A DNA stretch of 64,000 nucleotides from an uncultured Anaerolineales bacterium (GTDB lineage Bacteria; Chloroflexota; Anaerolineae; UBA1429): the NCBI GenBank assembly GCA_964482225.1, contig CAYZWT010000023.1, positions 113-64,112 of the forward strand, read 5' to 3'. A program made the position numbers and the translations under genes. Under the pieces are notes generated by a model. That model made no database searches. It was not told the origin of the DNA and saw only the letters and a program-made list of their open reading frames with translations. Within the stretch, counting starts at the first letter, position 1. Every line of letters starts with the position of its first letter. Shown here piece by piece: positions 26,488 through 35,200 of this stretch.

Positions 26488-27570
26488 ATGAACTGGAATC
26501 TTGTAACCGGCAGGCTCAGATTGGGACAGCGCCAGATCGGCGCTGTTTTCGGCGTTGGGATGGCCGTGTTGCTGGCCCTGATCGCGCGCCAGTCCTGGCT
26601 GGCCCAGCACGAGCCGCCGCGCCACACACCGACTCCGGTCTATGCTGTGGCCGCGCCTGCCGCCAACACGCCAACGCCCAGCGCTACCCCCACCCAGACG
26701 CCCACGCCGCAACCCACCTGGACGCCAGAGCCCACGCCCACGCCCAGCCCGACGGCGACCCTGGCGCCGACGGGCACGCCAGAGCCCACCGAGACGCCCT
26801 GGCCCACGGCGACACCCGAGCCCACGGCCACCCCGCGCCCCATGCCCACGCCCGACGGAGTGGCGCGCACCGTTCAGGTGCCGATTCTGATGTACCACTA
26901 TATCTCACAGCCGCCCGCCGGGGCCAACGCCGTGCGCCGCGATCTATCCGTGCCGCCCGACGTATTCGAGCAGCACCTGGCCTTTCTGCAGCAACGCGGC
27001 TACACCAGCATCTCGCTAGGCGACCTGGTCATGGCGCTCCAGATCGGGCAGCCTTTGCCCGAAAAGCCCATCGTGCTCACCTTTGACGATGGCTACCGGG
27101 ACCACTATGAGCACGCCTACCCCCTGCTGCAAGCCTATGGCTTGACCGGAACCTTTTTCCTGCTCACCGCTCCCATTGACCAGGGCCACCCCGGCTATGT
27201 CACCTGGGAGCAGGTGATCGAGATGGATGCCGCTGGCATGGAGATGGAGGCCCACGGGTATACCCACGACGACCTAAAGGGCCGCTCGCGCGAGTACTTG
27301 ATCTGGCAGATGCTGGGCTCCAAAGAGGCCATCGAGGCCCGCACGGGCAAGCCGGTGCGCATCTTTTGCTACCCCTCCGGGAGCTATGATGCGCTGGCCA
27401 TCTCGATTCTGCACGAGCTGGACTATTGGGCCGCTGTGACCATTCACTTTGGGCGCGAGCACCGCTCCGATCGCCCGTTCGAGCTGACCCGGCTGCGCAT
27501 CCACGGCAACTATGGTGTGGCGCAGCTTGGCGCCCTCCTGAGCGAGCCCGTGCCGGGGTCCGGGCAGTGA
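26488..27570 (+). CDS. Membrane-anchored polysaccharide deacetylase (NodB/CE4 domain) with a Pro/Thr-rich linker
   Basis: TM segment, (TPxP)n linker, VLTFDDGYRDHY and HGYTHDDL CE4 motifs. Divergent promoter TTGACA-17-TATCAT upstream (26437-26465). Confidence 0.8.
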   Translation: MNWNLVTGRLRLGQRQIGAVFGVGMAVLLALIARQSWLAQHEPPRHTPTPVYAVAAPAANTPTPSATPTQTPTPQPTWTPEPTPTPSPTATLAPTGTPEPTETPWPTATPEPTATPRPMPTPDGVARTVQVPILMYHYISQPPAGANAVRRDLSVPPDVFEQHLAFLQQRGYTSISLGDLVMALQIGQPLPEKPIVLTFDDGYRDHYEHAYPLLQAYGLTGTFFLLTAPIDQGHPGYVTWEQVIEMDAAGMEMEAHGYTHDDLKGRSREYLIWQMLGSKEAIEARTGKPVRIFCYPSGSYDALAISILHELDYWAAVTIHFGREHRSDRPFELTRLRIHGNYGVAQLGALLSEPVPGSGQ

Positions 27571-29309
27571 GCCAGGACACCCTTGCCCTGGCGGCGGTTC
27601 GCGACGAGCTGGAAAGCCTGCTGGTGGGGGGGCGTGTGCAGCGGGTGATCCGCCCCACGGAGTTGAGCATCGGGCTAGAGATCTATGCCGGGCAGCGACA
27701 TCAGGTGCTCTTGAGCGCCGAGGCCCAGGCGCCCCGCATCGCCCTGACCGATGAGCGCCTGCGGCGCGGCGCCGAGACGGCCTCGCCCCTGCAACTCTTG
27801 TTGCGCAAGTACGTGCGCGGCGCGCGCCTGGTCGCCATCGAGCAGCCCGAGCTGGAGCGCGTGCTGCGCTGGCGCTTTGCCGGGCCGGAGGGCGTGGTGG
27901 ATCTGGTCTGCGAGGTGATGGGCCGCCTGAGCAACCTGGTCCTGGTGGACGCCGACGGCGCGATCCTGGACGCGGCCAAACGCATCCCCGCTCACATCAA
28001 TCGCTACCGCGTGATTCTGCCCGGCGCGCCCTATGTGCCGCCTCCGCCCCAGGCCAAGGCGCACCCTCTGCACATCTCGCCGGACGAACTGGGCGCGGCT
28101 CTGGCCCAGAGCCGCGGCCCGCTTGAGCGCCGCCTGGTGAACGCCGTCCTGGGCCTGAGCCCGCTGGCGGCCCGCGAGGTGGTCTACCGCGCTCTGGGCG
28201 GCATGGCGCCTGAGGAGCCCCTGGCGGATGACGCCCTGGCGCGGCTACACGGGGTGTTGCAGTCGCTCATGGCCCTGCCCCAGACCCATGCCTGGAAGCC
28301 GTCCATCGGCTACCAGGTGCAGGCTGGGCAGCGCACGGCGGTGGCCTATGCGCCCTATGCGCTCACTCATCTGGACGCCTGGGAGCCCGTCGCCTCGATC
28401 AGCCAGGCGGCGGCCCTCTCCCTGGGCACGCTGCGCCCGCCTGATCCCTATGCCCAGGCGCGGGCCGATCTTCTGGCTCTCATCGAGGCGCAGCTCGAGC
28501 GCCAACGCGCGCGGCTGACCTCTCTGGCCCAGGCTGCCGTGGCGCCCGACGAACTAGAGACCCTCCAGTTTCGGGGCAACGCCATCCTGACCCTGGCCTG
28601 GAGCATCGCCCCCGGCCAGCCGAGCCTCACGGCCACCCGCGCACAGGTGACCGGCGAGGCTGGCCCCGGCGCCGATGCGCCTGTCGTCATTCCCCTGAAC
28701 CCAGACCTGAGCCCATCGGAGAACGCCCAGGCTGTCTTTCGCGAGTATCGCAAGCGCGTGGCTGCGGCGGAACAGGTTCCCGTGCGCATGGCCGAGGTTG
28801 AGGCCGAGGTCGCCTACCTGGAGCAGTTGCGTACCGACGCCGAGCTGGCCGAGGATCGCCCTGCGCTGGACTATGTGGGCGTCGCGCTGCAAGAGGCGGG
28901 CTACATCCCGCGCCAGGGGCGCCGCCGCAGCGCGCCCGCCGGCGAGCCGTTGCGCATTGTGGCCGAGGATGGCGCCACGATCCTGGTGGGGCGCAACAGC
29001 CGCCAGAATGACGAGGTAACCTTTCGGCTGAGCGCGCCCAATGACCTGTGGCTGCACGTGCGCGGCGCGCCCGGCGCCCACGTCATCGTCCGCAGCGGCG
29101 GTCAGCCGGTCTCAGAGGAGACGTTGGCCCAGGCGGCGGGCCTTGCGGCGGCCTATTCGGCGCTGCGCCGCGAGGGGCAAGTGCGAGTGGACATAACCGA
29201 GCGACGCCATGTGAAGCGTATCCCCGGCGGGCGCCCAGGCATGGTCACCTATCGCCAGGAACGGACGCTGCTGGCGACGCCCGTCTCTTCCGACCTATCA
29301 GAGGATTGA
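27567..29309 (+). CDS. rqcH: RqcH/Rqc2 (NFACT-family, FbpA-like) ribosome quality-control protein
   Basis: NFACT-N (LSNLVLVD), coiled coil, NFACT-R (GRNSRQNDEVTFRLSAPNDLWLHVRGAPGAHVIV). The GTG overlaps the upstream stop. Confidence 0.75.
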   Translation: MSQDTLALAAVRDELESLLVGGRVQRVIRPTELSIGLEIYAGQRHQVLLSAEAQAPRIALTDERLRRGAETASPLQLLLRKYVRGARLVAIEQPELERVLRWRFAGPEGVVDLVCEVMGRLSNLVLVDADGAILDAAKRIPAHINRYRVILPGAPYVPPPPQAKAHPLHISPDELGAALAQSRGPLERRLVNAVLGLSPLAAREVVYRALGGMAPEEPLADDALARLHGVLQSLMALPQTHAWKPSIGYQVQAGQRTAVAYAPYALTHLDAWEPVASISQAAALSLGTLRPPDPYAQARADLLALIEAQLERQRARLTSLAQAAVAPDELETLQFRGNAILTLAWSIAPGQPSLTATRAQVTGEAGPGADAPVVIPLNPDLSPSENAQAVFREYRKRVAAAEQVPVRMAEVEAEVAYLEQLRTDAELAEDRPALDYVGVALQEAGYIPRQGRRRSAPAGEPLRIVAEDGATILVGRNSRQNDEVTFRLSAPNDLWLHVRGAPGAHVIVRSGGQPVSEETLAQAAGLAAAYSALRREGQVRVDITERRHVKRIPGGRPGMVTYRQERTLLATPVSSDLSED

Positions 29310-29319
29310 GGAGCAACCC

Positions 29320-29703
29320 ATGTTGGGCGTAGGGCCGGAGCGGTTCGAGCAACTGATGGGACAAGCGGTGGACGACCTGCCCGAGTGGATCGCGGAGCAC
29401 ATGCAGAATGTGTATATCACCTTTGCCGCCTGGCCCACCAACCACCAAATGCGGGCCGCCAGGGTGGGGCGGGGGGGCATGTTGCTGGGGCTGTACGAGG
29501 GGGTGCCTCTCTCGCGTCGGGGGCGCGGCTATCACCTGGCCCCGCCCGATCGGATCACCCTCTTTCAGCGCCCCTTGGAGATCGTGGCGCGGGACGAGGC
29601 TGACCTGGTGGACCGCATCCAGCGCACCATCATCCACGAGATCGCCCACCACTTTGGCTTTTCCGAGGATGAGCTGGGCCGCCTGGAGGGACGGGGCGGC
29701 TAG
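29320..29703 (+). CDS. DUF1025-type putative zinc metallopeptidase (HExxH)
   Basis: IIHEIAHHFGFSEDEL. Confidence 0.6.
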   Translation: MLGVGPERFEQLMGQAVDDLPEWIAEHMQNVYITFAAWPTNHQMRAARVGRGGMLLGLYEGVPLSRRGRGYHLAPPDRITLFQRPLEIVARDEADLVDRIQRTIIHEIAHHFGFSEDELGRLEGRGG

Positions 29704-30950
29704 AGATCCTCTGCCAGGTCGGGGTAGAGCCTGCGTATGCAATCGGGGCAGATGCTATGGGTGAAATCCGCGCTGGAACGGTCCCTGACATAGACCTCGA
29801 TCTGCTCCCATTGCCCGTCCTCATCGCGGATGCGCTTGCAGTGGGCGCAGATGGGCAACAGTCCCTCTAGTGTGCGTACCTGTCCCAGCGCATCCTGGAG
29901 CGACGCGATCATCTGTTCGCGCTCGTGCTCCAACCGCCGGCGCTCGCTGATGTCCCGCAGGATTACCAAGCGACCCTGGCTACCATCTGGGCCCTGCATC
30001 AGAGGGACCATGCGCAGCTCGAGATAGCGCACCGGATCGTCCTCTAGCTTCAACTCGACCTGGGCTGCCTCTGTTCCCTCGGGCGCTGCCAGCGCGGCCC
30101 ACGGGTTGCCCAGTGCGGCAACGCCTTGCCCGATCGGATCAACTCCCAAGGGAGCGACGAGTTGCCGCCCCGTCGGGTTCAGGTCCACGATCCGGTTGCG
30201 GTCATCCAGCACAAGCACGCCATCGCTCATGGATTCGATCAGGGTATCCCTGGCCACCGGCACGATCTCCAGCCAGCGATAGCGGAACAGGCCGATGGAG
30301 AGGATGACGCCGGATAGGGTAAAGGCCACCGGGCTCAGATCGAGATCGGGCCTGGGGTTCAGCCCCACCAGGCTGATGACGTTGAGCGCCCAGGGGATCA
30401 ACATGCCGCCCAATAGGATCCAGGTCTGTACGCGGAACAGGCGCGGCCTGCGCCTGTGCGAGGCTGCCAACAGCACAATGGCCCATAGGAACAGGGCGTA
30501 CGAGTAGATGGCGTTGGCCCAGAACCAGGGGCCGCCGGCAAAGATCGAGCCCGCCGTGGGCTCGCGCAAGCCCCCAAAGAACAACCCGTGCCAGGTATCG
30601 GTGAAAAGGAGCAACAGGGTCAGCGCCGCCCAACTCACCAAGGCGCCGACGACGCCCCGGGAGAGCCAGCGTTGGCGGCCTGTGTATTGTACGGCAAACA
30701 GCCAGATCCACACCGGCACAGACACGACGCCCACATAGGTCAGGTCGAGCCAGAAAAAGTGACTGGGCCGCCACAGCGTGGTCCAATGCAGGGCATAGGC
30801 GCCGCTCCACCAGACCATGGCCATCGTCATCGAGGCCAGGGCGCTCGCCCCGGAGACGCGCCGCCGTCGCTGCCGCGCCGCCAGGGCCACCACCGCGGAG
30901 ACCAGGGCTGAGAGCAACAACAGGGTAGCGTACAGATGATTGGGAGGCAT
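29700..30950 (-). CDS. Membrane sensor: N-terminal 7TM domain, a PAS domain and a C-terminal Cys/His-rich (CxxC...HxxCPxC) module; no kinase domain
   Basis: Seven hydrophobic helices; PAS (ESMSDGVLVLDDRNRIVDLNP); LLPICAHCKRIRDEDGQWEQIEVYVRDRSSADFTHSICPDCI. Confidence 0.6.
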   Translation of the reverse strand: MPPNHLYATLLLLSALVSAVVALAARQRRRRVSGASALASMTMAMVWWSGAYALHWTTLWRPSHFFWLDLTYVGVVSVPVWIWLFAVQYTGRQRWLSRGVVGALVSWAALTLLLLFTDTWHGLFFGGLREPTAGSIFAGGPWFWANAIYSYALFLWAIVLLAASHRRRPRLFRVQTWILLGGMLIPWALNVISLVGLNPRPDLDLSPVAFTLSGVILSIGLFRYRWLEIVPVARDTLIESMSDGVLVLDDRNRIVDLNPTGRQLVAPLGVDPIGQGVAALGNPWAALAAPEGTEAAQVELKLEDDPVRYLELRMVPLMQGPDGSQGRLVILRDISERRRLEHEREQMIASLQDALGQVRTLEGLLPICAHCKRIRDEDGQWEQIEVYVRDRSSADFTHSICPDCIRRLYPDLAEDL

Positions 30951-31005
30951 GGGAGACCTCTCTCAGCGCCAATGGAATGGGTTCAGGCCAGTACGTCAGC
31001 GCCCA

Positions 31006-32037
31006 CTATGTCTGTGCAGGTTGTTGGCTGTGCGATTGCTCCTCATACGCTTTTTCGCTCAGGTAGCGCTCGGCCTCGATGGCGGCGGCTGCCCCGGCCC
31101 CTGCGGCGATCACGGTCTGGCGGAACCAGGGGTCTTGCACATCGCCGGCGGCATAGACGCCCGGCACGCTGGTGCGCTGGCGCTTGTCGGTGGCGATATA
31201 GCCCTCTGGGGTGAGATCGAGTTGGCCCTTGAAGAGCCAGGTATTGGGCACCAGGCCCACATAGACAAACACCCCATCGGCTTCCAGGATGCGCGTCTCA
31301 CCCGTCTGCATATCACGCAGCCGCACGCCCGTCACCGTGTTCTCGCCCAGGATCTCTTCCACCACCGAGTTCCAGACAAAGCGAATCTTGTCATTGGCTC
31401 GGGCGCGCTGCTCCAGAATGGGGCCGGCGCGCAGCTTGTCGCGGCGGTGAACGATGGTGATCTCTTGGGCAAAGCGGGTGAGATAGAGGCTCTCATCCAC
31501 CGCGCTATCGCCGCCGCCCACCACGACGATGCGCTTGTCTTTGTAGAAAAAGCCGTCGCAGGTAGCGCAGAACGAGACGCCGTGGCCGATAAACTTGCTC
31601 TCGCCGGGCACGTCCAGCTTGCGAGGCGAGGCGCCGGTGCAGATGATGATGCTCTTGGCCCGATAGGTGGGGCCGTATGTCTCGACCACGAAAGGGTCGC
31701 CGGAGAGGTCCACGCGGGTCACTTCTTCATAGAGGATCTCGGCGCCAAAGCGCGTGGCGTGGTCTGCCATCTGCTGGGCCAGGGCCATGCCGCCGATGCC
31801 TTCCGGAAAGCCGGGATAGTTCTCCATCTCGCTGGTGGTGGCCGCCTGGCCCCCCAGCGATTGGCCGACCAGGATCAGGGGCCGCAGTTGGGCCCGCCCC
31901 GCGTACAGCCCCGCCGTCAGGCCGGCCGGCCCGGCCCCGATGATGATCAGCTCGCGCGTCTGCTCATCCTGTCCGCTCTCCGCAGGCTTGCTTTGCTGCA
32001 AGCGGCTCATGTCTAGCGAAAACGACAGTTCACCCAT
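31006..32037 (-). CDS. trxB: Thioredoxin-disulfide reductase
   Basis: GAGPAG FAD site, CATC redox-active disulfide, GGGDSA NADPH site. Confidence 0.85.
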   Translation of the reverse strand: MGELSFSLDMSRLQQSKPAESGQDEQTRELIIIGAGPAGLTAGLYAGRAQLRPLILVGQSLGGQAATTSEMENYPGFPEGIGGMALAQQMADHATRFGAEILYEEVTRVDLSGDPFVVETYGPTYRAKSIIICTGASPRKLDVPGESKFIGHGVSFCATCDGFFYKDKRIVVVGGGDSAVDESLYLTRFAQEITIVHRRDKLRAGPILEQRARANDKIRFVWNSVVEEILGENTVTGVRLRDMQTGETRILEADGVFVYVGLVPNTWLFKGQLDLTPEGYIATDKRQRTSVPGVYAAGDVQDPWFRQTVIAAGAGAAAAIEAERYLSEKAYEEQSHSQQPAQT

Positions 32038-32144
32038 CTGTGCCTCCCACGGCGCGGCGCACCCAGCGTGCAAACAACGATATGACAGGCCACATGGTAC
32101 CCCCGACGCGGCCAGAACTCAAGTTCGTGGAAAGCAGCAGATGG

Positions 32145-32171
32145 AGGGCGGGCGTCTCGCCCGCCCTCCGT
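32145..32171 (-). terminator. 12-bp perfect hairpin downstream of the A2M gene
   Basis: ggagggcgggcg-tct-cgcccgccctcc. Confidence 0.5.
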
Positions 32172-32203
32172 GCCTGTTCGCCCCCAAATGTGCGCCCCGC
32201 GTC

Positions 32204-35200
32204 CTACGGTTGCACCTGAAAGATCAGCCCCTCGGTGCGGCCAAAGACGTCCGGCTCGTACATCTGATAGGCCAGCGCCGGCATCACCCGGAAGAAACCG
32301 GGCGTTGTGCAGCGCAGTTGATACTGGAACTCGTAGGTGCCCCGGGCCAGCTCGGTGGCAAAGAGCACCAGTTTCTCGTCGCGCAGCTCGGTATGGGTGG
32401 GCCAGTGGGTGAACCACCACAGGTCATAGTCCCACTCGGCCTCGATCACGGGCCGCAAGCCCGCATCCATCTCGTCCACGCGGCGCGTGGTGGCCAGGCT
32501 GGGGTCAATCCCCTCGCACCCGGCAGGGTAAGCGTCCTCCAGCACCAGATAGTAGACATCGCGCGGCGCGATCAGCGTCAGCTTGACGTTGACGATGTCG
32601 TTTACCCGCGCGGCGGTCACCGGCTCGTCCGGACGATCCGCCAGGGCGTGCTCGCGATAGACGATCACGCCCCGATCCAACGGCTGGATCTGCTCGATGG
32701 GCAGATAGTACTGTAGGAACGCGCTATAGTAGAGCCGCCCGGGGGCGTCCCCCGGCTGGCGCTCGATCACGACATAGCTATCCTGACCCTGGGCCAGCTC
32801 CTCGATGGGCACATTGGCCGTGACCTGCTGGCCCACCGTGGCGGGCGTCACCTGCCCGGCTGCCTGCTCGACCCCGTCCACGCTCAGGCTGTAGGCATAG
32901 TTCGCCTCTAGCTCGCCCGTGGCGACCATGACGTCCGTCAGCGCCAGGATGGCCCAGACGTTCTCCTGGGTGGTCTCCCAGCGGCCCGTGGAGCGCGCCA
33001 TGGTCAGCCAGCGCACGGCCTGTGGCAGCAGGGCCTGCTCCGGGTCCATCCAGACCAGGGCGCGCAGCACCAGGGCGCTGGTGCGCGTATCGGTGCTCAT
33101 CTGCCAGGGGCTGTGGCGCTCCTCTTGCCAGCTCATGCCCGTGGCGCTGAGCAGCGCTGCGTCCACCAGCTCGTTCTCCAGGATGCCCACGCGGGCCGGC
33201 TCGTCCGGCTCTAGCAGGCGCAACGTCATGCCCAAGTAGGCCTGGGCAAAGAGCGAGAGCTGGCCGCGATCCTCGAACAGGGCCACGGCGCGCCCCAAGT
33301 CGCCCTGGCCTGCCTCGGCCAGCGCATAGAGCACCGCCGCACGCGTGTCATAGTGATCCTGGGTGACGGGGCGCGTGCTATCCAGCCAGTTGTACAGGTA
33401 CTCGACGGCGCGATCCACGCTGCGGGCATCCACGATGAACCCTGCCTCACGGGCCTGGGCCATGCCGAACAAGGCATAGGCCGTGATCAGCGGCGAGCTC
33501 TCCGAGGCAGCCCACCAGCCCCAGCCGCCATCGTTGCCCTGCAAGGTATAGAGACGTTGCAGCCCGATGGCCACCTGTTGCGGCAAGCGCGCCGCCAGGT
33601 CCGGATCCTCCAGCCCCAGGTCGCGCAGCGCCCGGAAGGTGGCCACGTTGGGCAGAAAGCGGCTGACGGTCTGCTCGACGCAGTCGTAGGGGAAAGCCTC
33701 TAGGTAGTCGAGTCCTTCACGCATGGCCGCTGCCAGCGAGGGCTCCAGGTGTACGGTCAGCCCACCCTGGCGCGACATAACGTCTTCGGGCAGCCGCAGC
33801 GCCTCGATGACGCGATCCTGCACCTGGCCCGCCGTGCCCACCACCTCGGGTGTGCTGGCATGGTAGACCGGGATGCTGATGCGCGTGGCATCGTGGTGGC
33901 CGCCGCCCTGGGCGCTGTAGGTGAGTACCACCTCATCCACCGGCGCCACTGTTGCAGGCCACTGGACGGTTTGGCGGCCGCCCGCCGGCACGGGGATCGT
34001 CTGCTCGGCATTGAAGAACATCAGCCCGATGGCCTCCAAGGTCACCTGGATATCGAGATCGTCGTCGGTGTTGTTGTGGATCACGGCGCCCAGGGTCGGC
34101 TCGTCATCTATGACCATAAAGCGCGGCGTCATGGGCCGGATCATGATCGCCAGGCTGCTGACGATATCGGTCTGGCCGCGGCCCACCAGGGTCTCTTCCG
34201 TCACCGCCTGAGCGGTCATGCGCCAGGTGGTCAGGTTATCGGGCAGCGTGACGCTGACCGTAGCCGTTCCGTCGGTGCCGGTGCGCACCGAAGGCAGCCA
34301 CAGGGCCGTATCGGGGAACTCGGTGCGGAGACCCTCGCCGCCATCGCCGCCGCCGCCGCCCTTGCCGTCCTGGTCGGCGGCATCGGGCGCCTCAGGGGCG
34401 CGCCGGCGCGTCAGCGAGAGGGCCGTGTTGACGGCCAGCCCGCGCTCGCCGTAAAAGGCGGCCACGATATCAGGGGGCGCGCCGCCCACCAGACTCTCGA
34501 CGGCCAGGTCCACCATCTGCACAGCCACCTCGGCCTGGGCCGGGCGCCCGGCATAGTCGCGCACCTGGATGGTAAAAGTCGCCTCGTCGCGCGGCTGATA
34601 GCCGGCCTGCTTGTCAGGCGTGATGGTCACCTCGAGTTCGCGCTGCTCCGGCGAGACGGTGAGCATGACATAACCCAGGCGAAAGCCCGGATCGCGCACG
34701 TCCTCGCCCATGCCGCGTACCAACACCACCGAGACAAAGACGTTGGGCGCGTACTCGGGCAGGATCGGCAGGTCCAGCAGCTCGCTGTTGCTCTCCAGCT
34801 CGATCAAGCGGTATTCCAGGATGCCGCCGCGCTCGATGGTCAGCAGCGCCGTCACCGGCCCCGCAAAGGGCGAGGGGATCAGGATCGAGGCCGTATCGCC
34901 GGGGGCATAACTCTTTTTGTCCGCCACCAGCTCGATGCGGTTGTTGTCCTGCTGGCCCCAGTTGATGAACGCCGTGTCGCTGACCCAGACATAGAGGGCG
35001 CTGCGCACCTGGTTACCGGCGTCATCGGCGGCGTTGGCGGTTACCTTGTAGGCGCCGCCCTCGCGCGGCGTAAAGGTCAGCCGCGCCTGGCCGCGAGCGT
35101 CGGTGAGCACCGTCTCGGTGTGCACGGGCGTGCTGCGCACCTGGTTCTCCCAGTAGTAGTTGCCATCGGCGCCGCGCACCTGGACGCTCAGCCACTCGTG

